Source: a virus. From it: a stretch of DNA of 64,000 bases. Shown here one piece after another: positions 39,038 through 47,233 of this stretch. The notes below the pieces were generated by a model. It was not told the DNA's origin, ran no database searches, and saw nothing but the letters and a program-made list of their open reading frames with translations. Made by a program: the position numbers and the translations under genes. The stretch covers positions 32,001-96,000 of IMG/VR virus record IMGVR_UViG_3300033146_003479; one strand, 5' to 3'. Every line of letters starts with the position of its first letter. Position 1 is the first letter of the stretch.

Positions 39038-40458
39038 ATCGTAAAATAATTCGAGTTATAAGTGAATCTGAGAGAGAGTATTTTCAAGAATATTTAGATT
39101 TAGCCACAAATATTGATTCGCTGATGAAATTGAGGTTGATTTTAGTTGGAGGGTCTATCAGAGATTTATTAATTCGTGGTGATATTGTTGAACCTGAAAT
39201 TGATGATTTGGATTTTATGTTGGTTGATACCGATGGACATGGAGTCGTAGATGAAATTGATGTGTTGATGATTGAGTTGGCAAAATTAGATTATTCAATT
39301 GTGAATGACGGTAGAGAGTTTCTTCATTTCAAAGTAATACGAAATGGATTTGTGTTTGATATTGGTACTCCTCGAACTGAAATTTACGATGAATATAGTC
39401 GAAATCCGAAAGTTAAAGTGGGATCACTTCGAGATGATTATTTTAGACGAGATTTCACAGTTAATGCATTTTTTGCTCAAATAGTTAAGGTCGATGATCG
39501 AGTTGAATTGGAGTTATGTGGAGATGATGAGTTAATATCACGCTCGTATGATGATCTTTTATCGACCACATTGAACACTACTCAATATGAATCTAACGTT
39601 GTATTTGAAGAGGATCCTTTACGTATTCTACGAGCGATACGATTCATGGGGTATGGTTTTCAGTGTTCGAAGGAAATGAGTGTTGCTATTGATAATTTTG
39701 ATATGAATATATTCTTTAGGAAGGTATCGAAAGAGAGAGTTGCTATTGAATTGAAGAAGATATTAAGACGAGGAGATTTAGATTATTTTTTTGATCATCG
39801 AATTGTTAATAAGATTATTCCTGAATTTGATAATTTTATAAATCGAGAATATGAGTTTGATGAAATTGAGCATATTAAGAATGTGATTTTGAAAAGTCGA
39901 GAGTTATCTAATGACGATATGTTTTTATTAGTAGCATTATTTCATGATTTAGGTAAAAGTATAACTGGTACTATTCATAAAAGTCAAACTCGTTGGGCAT
40001 TTTTAGGACACGAAGATATATCATCAAAATGGGCGTACGATACTCTTAGACGATATCGATTTGATAATCAAACTTGCAATTCAGTGAGAGATATTGTGAA
40101 AATGCATATGTCATTGAAGTGGATTTCAAATTGGAAAAAAGGAACTATAGTGAAATTCATATTAAAACATTCACCAACATTAATACGTAATATTTTAGTA
40201 TTTAATCACATGGATTGGGGTGGAAAATCTGAGGAGTGGAAGATTAAATATAATGTGGCACAATCATTGGAAACGATAGATGAGATTGTGAATTATTGGA
40301 TAGACATTGTTGATGAAGTGGTGTTTTTTTATAGCAATGAACTAAGAGAAATTGGAGTTAATGCTAATGCTAATAAAAACATTCCACGAAATGAGTTACG
40401 AAATATTATTATTGGTGAAAAAATGAGATTTATTTTAAATAAGGAGAAATTATTGTGA
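39034..40458 (+). CDS. CCA-adding tRNA nucleotidyltransferase / poly(A) polymerase family with HD domain
   Basis: LVGGSIRDLL..DDLDF, RRDFTVNA, EEDPLRILRAIRF, VSKERV, LFHDLGK and FLGHEDIS. Confidence 0.92.
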   Translation: MNRKIIRVISESEREYFQEYLDLATNIDSLMKLRLILVGGSIRDLLIRGDIVEPEIDDLDFMLVDTDGHGVVDEIDVLMIELAKLDYSIVNDGREFLHFKVIRNGFVFDIGTPRTEIYDEYSRNPKVKVGSLRDDYFRRDFTVNAFFAQIVKVDDRVELELCGDDELISRSYDDLLSTTLNTTQYESNVVFEEDPLRILRAIRFMGYGFQCSKEMSVAIDNFDMNIFFRKVSKERVAIELKKILRRGDLDYFFDHRIVNKIIPEFDNFINREYEFDEIEHIKNVILKSRELSNDDMFLLVALFHDLGKSITGTIHKSQTRWAFLGHEDISSKWAYDTLRRYRFDNQTCNSVRDIVKMHMSLKWISNWKKGTIVKFILKHSPTLIRNILVFNHMDWGGKSEEWKIKYNVAQSLETIDEIVNYWIDIVDEVVFFYSNELREIGVNANANKNIPRNELRNIIIGEKMRFILNKEKLL

Positions 40459-40646
40459 AGTTGATATATTGTGTTGGTTGTGGAGAAAAATATAATCTAT
40501 CGAGTAGTTTTTTGATATCAAATACTTTTAATCCCAAACGAGTTGTAGTTTGGTGTGAAAACTGTGGTTTATTAGTGACTGGCAATATGATGATACATCG
40601 TGAGATTCAAAGTCCAATTATTAGATTTCCTAAATTGAGTTTTTGA
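40455..40646 (+). CDS. Small zinc-ribbon protein
   Basis: CVGC and CENC pairs; GTG start overlapping the CCA enzyme stop. Confidence 0.5.
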   Translation: MKLIYCVGCGEKYNLSSSFLISNTFNPKRVVVWCENCGLLVTGNMMIHREIQSPIIRFPKLSF

Positions 40647-40647
40647 T

Positions 40648-41253
40648 ATGAAAATATATGTTATTTCAGATACTCACTTTTTCCATTATAATATTATTAA
40701 GTATTGTGGTCGTCCATTTACAGATGAATATGAAATGAACGAGTATATTATCTCTCAATGGAATTCTTTAATTACTAATGATGATGTGGTTTTTCATTTG
40801 GGAGATTTTTCAACAGGACTCAAATGTCGATATGGAGAATTGCGAGAAGTGTTTTCTAGATTAAATGGACAAATACATTTAATTAGAGGGAATCATGATC
40901 ATCAATCAGATGAAGAATTGTTACAATTAGGATTTAAAAGTGTTCAGGAGTTTAAGATAATCAATGATACAATGTTGGTTCATTATCCATTTTTCTTACC
41001 CAAGGACAAATATAATAGTAAATTTCAACGATTTTACGATACATTTAATATGATATATACGGGAGAGAATTGTAGATATGTGCTATATGGACATTCTCAT
41101 GAATATCCATCGATATATGTGAATAAGTATAATGTTGCTGTTGATTTACACGACTTTAAGCCTATATTATTGGATGACATATTTAATAATGTATTTAAAA
41201 ATAATCTAATTCAAGAAAATATAATAAAGGAGAAAAAAGATGAGAATATTTGA
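40648..41253 (+). CDS. Calcineurin-like metallophosphoesterase
   Basis: SDTHF, HLGDF, RGNHD and YGHSH motifs. Confidence 0.9.
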   Translation: MKIYVISDTHFFHYNIIKYCGRPFTDEYEMNEYIISQWNSLITNDDVVFHLGDFSTGLKCRYGELREVFSRLNGQIHLIRGNHDHQSDEELLQLGFKSVQEFKIINDTMLVHYPFFLPKDKYNSKFQRFYDTFNMIYTGENCRYVLYGHSHEYPSIYVNKYNVAVDLHDFKPILLDDIFNNVFKNNLIQENIIKEKKDENI

Positions 41254-41695
41254 GTTTGCTACGGGATTTAAACTAGATTTAGATATGGTAATTGCGGTTG
41301 ATCATTCAACTCCGGATGGTTATGGCAATATGTCGTATTTTATTTTACTTAGTAGTGGTAAAAGACTCGAAGTATATGAAACAAAGTGTTATGATTATCT
41401 TGCATATCCTAGAGATGATTTTATTACTCGATGGGAAGAAGTAAAGTGTCCTAGCGATTCAATTGAACATTTTATGAATTATTGTGGTGATGTTGTTGAT
41501 ATTAATAAAGAAACTATGGAGTATCGCTTCGAGATAACAGATAGATGTTTATATACAATGTTTCATGATTCTGAGAGAGAGATGTTGTGGTATTTTAAGT
41601 CACTATATGATGTTGAATATATAGTGAGATGCACGAAATATTGTGTTGGACTGGGACAGAATCGTATTGTTGTTTTGAAAATAAAGGAGATATAA
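41240..41695 (+). CDS. Hypothetical protein
   Basis: AAGGAG RBS; overlaps the upstream gene. Confidence 0.5.
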   Translation: MRIFEFATGFKLDLDMVIAVDHSTPDGYGNMSYFILLSSGKRLEVYETKCYDYLAYPRDDFITRWEEVKCPSDSIEHFMNYCGDVVDINKETMEYRFEITDRCLYTMFHDSEREMLWYFKSLYDVEYIVRCTKYCVGLGQNRIVVLKIKEI

Positions 41696-41699
41696 TATT

Positions 41700-43382
41700 A
41701 TGGGTGGAAATTCACGAGCAATAAATAGAGAAACTGGTGAAGTTCAATCAATTAATGGAACTCCCGTATTTGCTCAAAAACTTGATTTGAGAGTAGTTAA
41801 TCGAAGAGTAGTTGTTAGTTTATTTACAAACACGTTCATCAATTTGTCTTCCATGTATGCTCAACAAAATCTTGGCAATCAATTGTGGGAACTGAAGAGA
41901 GAACTTTTCTCGACAGGATTAGTATACAATGGTTCATCTGAGCATTTATTCAATGATAGCATATCGGATGAAGAATTTGTGAAGTATAAACCGTTACTTG
42001 GTGATATTGATATTACCGTCGATGGAACAAAATTATCGAAGGTATTTGATTTATTAATTTTACTAGAAGGTAAAATTATCTATGAGAATGTGGACGGATT
42101 CATTCGATATATCGGTCAAAATAAATCTAAATTCCAAGGTGAGCAAATAAATTCTGTATTTGAGTTGAATGTGAATGATAAGAGTCATTATGTTCAGGTT
42201 GATTTTGAAGGAGTCGTTTATGAAAATGGAGTTCCTGATGAATTTTCGAAATTCGGACATTCATCTGATTGGTATGATATAACTAATGGTATTAAAGGAG
42301 TTGCTCATAAGTTTTTAATCATGAATTTAGTGCGAGGGAACACTTATTTATCTCCATCTCAAGGGATTCTTTTAACTAATGGTTCGATTGAGGATCCCAA
42401 TTCCGATAAATTAAGAGTTTCGGCTTCTCAGAAATATCTAAAGACATTTGCGTTTTCGATAACTAAAGGGCTTAGAAAGAAGGTTCGATATATTGGATTA
42501 AAAGATAGTATTCCTATGTATAAAGAATTATCAACATCCAATTCAATATATCAACGAGATTTGGTTGATATATTTCAAACTATATTTAATGTTTCTCCAA
42601 AAAAAGGAGAAATGAAGAAGTTCAGATCATTCATTGGAGTACTTGAACTTATTCAAAAATATTTTGATGTTAATGATGAACGTATCGCTCGAACTTTTGA
42701 TTTCTTATTGGATATAAATTTATTTGGAAATTCTGCTCAACGTTTAGATAGAGATAGTATGAAGGTGGATTTTGAGGTGAAGTATAATATGTTGGAGAAA
42801 ATCTTTGAGTTTATGCCTCAGTTGAAAACCTCAGATCGAACTGAGAAGATTAAGCATGCGATTGATTCTTATTATACTGTCCAGAATTATTTTAAAAGTA
42901 AAAATATAAATAAAACTACAGATAAAGCACAAATAGGAGAAAAAATGTCTGATACTATACAAAATGAAAATGCTCTTCGTCGAATCATTCAAGAGGAGAT
43001 TCAATTGATATTGAATGAAGATAGCAAATTGAATAAAACTTTATCTAAATTATTGAAGATTGTTAAGGAGACCGTGGGGCAAAAAGATTCTCGTAAAATA
43101 AAACGAGTTTTTATTTCATCCGATGGATCTAAATGGGTTGAAATTGAAATACCAAATACAACATATTCGTTGTCTTTAAATTTAAATAAAGATGAGATTT
43201 CATATGGCACAACTAAAATTGAAAAACTTTTTAAAATCAAAAGTTCAACTGCATCTAAGGAGTGGTTAGAGCATTCAAATAAACTTTTAAGGTATGCTGA
43301 AGACATTAAAGGTATTATGAAGATTTATGCGAAAATGAAGAAGTCCAAAAAAATTAAAACATTTATAGAAAAAGAACTTTAG
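41700..43382 (+). CDS. Pol-beta-superfamily nucleotidyltransferase-like protein (MGGN family) with appended C-terminal domain
   Basis: MGGN start, GSS, LGDIDITVD (GDxD), YVQVDF, GIKGVAHK; internal in-frame ATG at 42945. Confidence 0.65.
   Translation: MGGNSRAINRETGEVQSINGTPVFAQKLDLRVVNRRVVVSLFTNTFINLSSMYAQQNLGNQLWELKRELFSTGLVYNGSSEHLFNDSISDEEFVKYKPLLGDIDITVDGTKLSKVFDLLILLEGKIIYENVDGFIRYIGQNKSKFQGEQINSVFELNVNDKSHYVQVDFEGVVYENGVPDEFSKFGHSSDWYDITNGIKGVAHKFLIMNLVRGNTYLSPSQGILLTNGSIEDPNSDKLRVSASQKYLKTFAFSITKGLRKKVRYIGLKDSIPMYKELSTSNSIYQRDLVDIFQTIFNVSPKKGEMKKFRSFIGVLELIQKYFDVNDERIARTFDFLLDINLFGNSAQRLDRDSMKVDFEVKYNMLEKIFEFMPQLKTSDRTEKIKHAIDSYYTVQNYFKSKNINKTTDKAQIGEKMSDTIQNENALRRIIQEEIQLILNEDSKLNKTLSKLLKIVKETVGQKDSRKIKRVFISSDGSKWVEIEIPNTTYSLSLNLNKDEISYGTTKIEKLFKIKSSTASKEWLEHSNKLLRYAEDIKGIMKIYAKMKKSKKIKTFIEKEL
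42905..42947 (+). promoter_or_regulatory. Intragenic late promoter plus RBS plus in-frame ATG
   Basis: TATAAATA 42905-42912, AGGAGA 42935-42940, ATG 42945 (codon 416 of the 560-aa ORF). Confidence 0.65.
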
Positions 43383-43391
43383 GAGAACAGA

Positions 43392-43931
43392 ATGAAAGTA
43401 ACATTGTCTGAGAAAAGTCTAAGGAGATTAATTCGTCAAGAGACGACTAAACTGTTAAAGGAACAAGAGGAAAATGCATTTAATACGATCGATGATATGC
43501 AAAGTAAGTTTATAGAGGAGTTTAATAAAATTCTTAAAGAAAAATGGGCAAGAAAGATCAAAATGTTAAAATACGTTGATAATAGTTTTCAATTCATTTT
43601 AATTGGTGATGGTGATGAACGAGTTAAATTGGAATGGAATCCTAAATGGGATGTAACAATTAAAGGTAAAATTAAAGTGTCTCCAATTAAAGCCCTTAGA
43701 ATTGGACTTGAATTTTCCGAAAAAATGTATCGAGTTATTGTAAAAATTATTGAGAATGAGAAGGTTATTTATCCTATATTGGAAGAAATTTCTACAATGA
43801 TGAAGGATGGTGGAATGGGTAAAGAAGAGGTTAAAGATACTTCTGAAAAAAAAGTTGATGACTCTTTAACTGATGAATCTTCAACTGATGAATCTAATAA
43901 TGATAGTGAAAAAGGAGAAAAAGATGCGTAA
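43392..43931 (+). CDS. Hypothetical late protein (candidate internal head protein)
   Basis: LSEKSLRRLIRQE..LLKE N-terminal motif; acidic tail. Confidence 0.5.
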   Translation: MKVTLSEKSLRRLIRQETTKLLKEQEENAFNTIDDMQSKFIEEFNKILKEKWARKIKMLKYVDNSFQFILIGDGDERVKLEWNPKWDVTIKGKIKVSPIKALRIGLEFSEKMYRVIVKIIENEKVIYPILEEISTMMKDGGMGKEEVKDTSEKKVDDSLTDESSTDESNNDSEKGEKDA

Positions 43932-44379
43932 AAAGAAAGTGAATACATATTCATTAAATCAAATTTTGGAACAAATGGAGGATTTTGGAGGAAAGCAATA
44001 TCACAGACAGTTGATTGAATCAACTGATGCTCCAGAAGAGATTGAAGAGGCAAAAGAAGAAGAACTTGAGACAGAAGATGAAACTGATGATGAAGTTACA
44101 GAAGAGTCTATAAATGAAGGTTCTTTTAATACCAACAATGCTTCTGGGAAAAACACAGAAGAAGTTAATAATGAAAAAACTTCAATAAAAGCAACTACCA
44201 CTAAAGATGATTCAGGTAAAGTTTCAAATGAGGGTGGAGAAAACTCTAAAGATCAATGGAAACTGGCGAATAATAAAGCCAAATATGTTATGAATTCTAT
44301 GGGAAAATTCTTCTCTAACGATAGAAGTGGAACTCCTATTCAATTCAATGAAAAATCTGGAAAATTCGAAGCCGAATAG
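43924..44379 (+). CDS. Acidic hypothetical protein (candidate prohead core/internal protein)
   Basis: Start re-assigned to ATG 43924 (AAGGAG RBS, in frame with the track ORF); ILEQ, LIES, IEEA and INEG motifs with a Glu-rich stretch. Confidence 0.55.
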   Translation: MRKKKVNTYSLNQILEQMEDFGGKQYHRQLIESTDAPEEIEEAKEEELETEDETDDEVTEESINEGSFNTNNASGKNTEEVNNEKTSIKATTTKDDSGKVSNEGGENSKDQWKLANNKAKYVMNSMGKFFSNDRSGTPIQFNEKSGKFEAE

Positions 44380-44407
44380 GCACCAAATACCCATTCAAAA
44401 ATAAAAA

Positions 44408-44436
44408 TTGACATTGCATTCAAAATATGATATACT
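44408..44436 (+). promoter_or_regulatory. Host sigma70/sigmaA-type promoter with extended -10
   Basis: TTGACA (44408-44413), 17-bp spacer, TG-A-TATACT (-10 at 44431-44436). Confidence 0.8.
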
Positions 44437-44478
44437 TAATCTACAATGAATGTTTATTAATGTTATTGGAGAACTATT

Positions 44479-45072
44479 ATGATAACAGTGACTGGTGGAA
44501 TTTCTGTAGGGAAAAGTTTAATTGTGAATTATATATCAAATGAATATAATTTCAATATTATATCTGTGGATTTGATAGGACATCAAGTATTGTTGTGTGA
44601 AGATATTAAACGAGAAATATCATTTAATATTTCGAGTAAGATATTTGATATTAATGATAATATTGATCGACAAAAACTTGGGAAAATAGTTTTCTCTAAT
44701 AAAAAAAAGTTGGAGACATTGAATGCCATTGTGGGTCCATCTATTTTCTCTAAATTAAATGATGCTATTGAAGACTTGGGAGGGAAATCATCGAATGTTA
44801 TTTTGGAGCACCCAAAGATATTAGAATTCGATTATTATCGAGAATTTTCTCCGATAATTCAAGTTTCATCGATAAATCAATTACAGTGGCTAATGGAGAG
44901 AGATGGTATAAATGAGTCGGAAGCATTAATGAAAATAAATAGTCAATCTAAATTGTCAGAATTGATGAATAAGCCTGACTTTATGATTTCAACTGGTAAT
45001 TCAATGAGTGATAATTTAGAACAAGTTGATGTTATAATGGATTCTTTAATGTATAAAAAAATTAAAAGTTGA
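44479..45072 (+). CDS. coaE: Dephospho-CoA kinase family P-loop kinase
   Basis: VTGGISVGKS, DLIGHQVL, IDRQKLGKIVF and LNAIVGP match CoaE. Confidence 0.85.
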   Translation: MITVTGGISVGKSLIVNYISNEYNFNIISVDLIGHQVLLCEDIKREISFNISSKIFDINDNIDRQKLGKIVFSNKKKLETLNAIVGPSIFSKLNDAIEDLGGKSSNVILEHPKILEFDYYREFSPIIQVSSINQLQWLMERDGINESEALMKINSQSKLSELMNKPDFMISTGNSMSDNLEQVDVIMDSLMYKKIKS

Positions 45073-45104
45073 TATACTATAGTATTACTTTTTAATATTT
45101 AACC

Positions 45105-45959
45105 TTGGAGAAAAATGTGTCAAAAATCAAACTAGCCTTAACGTACGATGATGTTCAAATTATTCCGAAATTTTCAAAAATCAATAGTCGGTCGAATTGT
45201 AATCTGAGAAGCAGATTCACTAAGAATTATGTAGTAGATGTTCCTATAATTGCATCTCCTATGGATACCGTCACAGGAGACTCTATGATGATTGAAATGC
45301 ATAAATTGGGAGGAGCAGGGATTCTTCATAGATTTTCTGATATTGATGAACAAGTGAGAATAATTGAGTATATTGAGGATCAAGATGTTCGATTAATTCC
45401 ATCGTCGATTGGAGTTAAAGAGTCTTCGATTCAAGGAGCCGAACTATTATTGAAAGCGGGATCTAATGTGTTATTGATCGATGTGGCTCACGGAGATCAC
45501 GCACATGTGGAGCGAACAATTAAGTCACTGAAGGATAAATATTCAGGAAAATATGAGTTTGATATTATTGCTGGTAATATTGCAACTGCTGAATCTGCTG
45601 AAAATCTTATTAGATGGGGAGCAGATGCTTTGCGTGTTGGAATTGGAGGAGGATGTTTTATTCCAGGATCAAAAGTTAGAACTGAAAATGGATTGAAAAA
45701 CATCGAAGATATCACGATCGATGATAGAGTGTGGACACATACTGGAGACTTGCAACGTGTTGTTGATACATTGATGTTCGATAGAGATGAAGATATTATG
45801 AGAATTAATGATATTGAATGTACCAAAAATCATGAATTCTATGTTATAGATGCTGAAGATGTGCCAAATGTAACTGAAAGTAATATTCATAAGTTCGCTA
45901 GATGGATTCCTGCTGAAAAATTATCAACTCAGCATAAGTTGATAGAATTGATAACATAA
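45105..45959 (+). CDS. guaB: IMP dehydrogenase/GMP reductase N-extein fused to N-terminal split intein (true start probably GTG 45117)
   Basis: LTYDDVQIIP, PIIASPMDTV, GILHRF, IDVAHG, AGNIAT, RVGIGGG followed by intein CFIPGS. Confidence 0.92.
   Translation: MEKNVSKIKLALTYDDVQIIPKFSKINSRSNCNLRSRFTKNYVVDVPIIASPMDTVTGDSMMIEMHKLGGAGILHRFSDIDEQVRIIEYIEDQDVRLIPSSIGVKESSIQGAELLLKAGSNVLLIDVAHGDHAHVERTIKSLKDKYSGKYEFDIIAGNIATAESAENLIRWGADALRVGIGGGCFIPGSKVRTENGLKNIEDITIDDRVWTHTGDLQRVVDTLMFDRDEDIMRINDIECTKNHEFYVIDAEDVPNVTESNIHKFARWIPAEKLSTQHKLIELIT
45654..45956 (+). mobile_element. Split intein N-half (101 aa)
   Basis: Block A CFIPGSKVRTENGLKNIEDI; block B IECTKNHEFYV; ends at a stop with no endonuclease domain. 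Confidence 0.92.
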
Positions 45960-46047
45960 TAAAATAATATACATAGTGTGTTAATTGGCGGAGGAATACT
46001 GTGTATTGTTTTATTTGCGAAAAGGAAATTAATTAAGGAGAAAAAAG

Positions 46048-46167
46048 ATGAAATTTAAAATTAAAAATATTGATAATATAGAAGTTGTTCAATATTCAGG
46101 TAAAGTTTATGATTTGACTGTAGAAAAAGATCATTCGTATAATATTAATGGAGTTATTGTTCATAAT
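46048..46167 (+). mobile_element. Split intein C-half (40 aa)
   Basis: MKFKIK...block [13 protein letters not shown], block G VIVHN, then Ser+1; own AAGGAG RBS. Confidence 0.93.
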
Positions 46168-46674
46168 TCCGTCTGCTCAACTCGCATAATCACAGGAGTT
46201 GGAGTTCCAATGATAACTAGTATATTGGATTGCGTAGAAGTTGCAGATGAGTATGATATCCCAGTCATTGCGGATGGAGGAATTAAGACTCCTGGAGATG
46301 TAGCGAAAGCGTTGGGAGCAGGAGCATCAACTGTTATGCTAGGTAGTTTATTAGCAGGTACTCTTGAGAGTCCTGGAGTTATTAGTCGAGATGGAGTTTG
46401 GCCGAATGAGCAACTTTATAAGAAGTTCAGGGGCTCAGCATCACTCGCTAGTAAAATGGATCGTCAAGAAGGAGAAAAAAATGTAGAAGGAGTGAGTACT
46501 ATTATTCCATATAAAGGAAAAGTTAAGCGAATAGTTAATGATATTTGTGATGGAGTAAGATCATCTATGTCGTATGTTGGAGTTAATAATATGAATGATT
46601 TCAGTTCAAATGTGGAATTCGTTCAAGTAACGTCCTCAGGCATTAAAGAAGCATCTCCTCACGCAAAAAAATAA
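46048..46674 (+). CDS. guaB: C-terminal split intein fused to IMPDH/GMPR C-extein
   Basis: After HN: SVCSTR (catalytic Cys), [26 protein letters not shown] and [10 protein letters not shown]. Confidence 0.92.
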   Translation: MKFKIKNIDNIEVVQYSGKVYDLTVEKDHSYNINGVIVHNSVCSTRIITGVGVPMITSILDCVEVADEYDIPVIADGGIKTPGDVAKALGAGASTVMLGSLLAGTLESPGVISRDGVWPNEQLYKKFRGSASLASKMDRQEGEKNVEGVSTIIPYKGKVKRIVNDICDGVRSSMSYVGVNNMNDFSSNVEFVQVTSSGIKEASPHAKK

Positions 46675-46744
46675 AAGAACGGTATTAAATTTCCGTCAAT
46701 AATTACAATATATGATATATTATATAGACTAAGTTTATTAATTA

Positions 46745-47221
46745 TTGACGGTAAAAATTATGAATCTAATGTTGTTGATGATATGGAGACATCGTAAGAA
46801 GAAAAGAGAGCAGAATCGACAGTTTTTGGATGAAATCGCTAGATTATCTGAGGATATCTCCAGTTCGAGTTCGAGTTGGTCAAATTATATCGAAGTTGAT
46901 TATGACAATATGATGGAAAATTTGAATAAATATGTAGATATATATCGTCGCAATAAAGCATCTCTTGATGATGATTATGCTGAATTGAAACGTGAGAATG
47001 AAGAGTTGAAATTGAGAAATTCTCAGTTGTCTGATATCATCAATACTCATTTGAATATTGAAGATGAGACTGTGTCTTCAAGAATATTCACTCAACGATA
47101 TGAAGATATATCAGGCAGTGATAGATTACTAAGTGATGCTACTATTCAAAGATTACATCAACAATATTGTCAAAAAATGGATGCAGGATTATATTATGCT
47201 CCATATATACCCTCATTTTAA
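46745..47221 (+). CDS. Hypothetical coiled-coil protein ending in a capsid-like DAGLYYAPYIP motif
   Basis: ORF after a TGATATATTA motif (46713-46722); start uncertain (TTG 46745 or ATG 46760). Confidence 0.45.
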   Translation: MTVKIMNLMLLMIWRHRKKKREQNRQFLDEIARLSEDISSSSSSWSNYIEVDYDNMMENLNKYVDIYRRNKASLDDDYAELKRENEELKLRNSQLSDIINTHLNIEDETVSSRIFTQRYEDISGSDRLLSDATIQRLHQQYCQKMDAGLYYAPYIPSF

Positions 47222-47233
47222 TGGAGAAAAAAA

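Noticed and set aside
45960-46047. Free-standing homing endonuclease between the split-intein halves
   Set aside because: The gap is only 88 bp.
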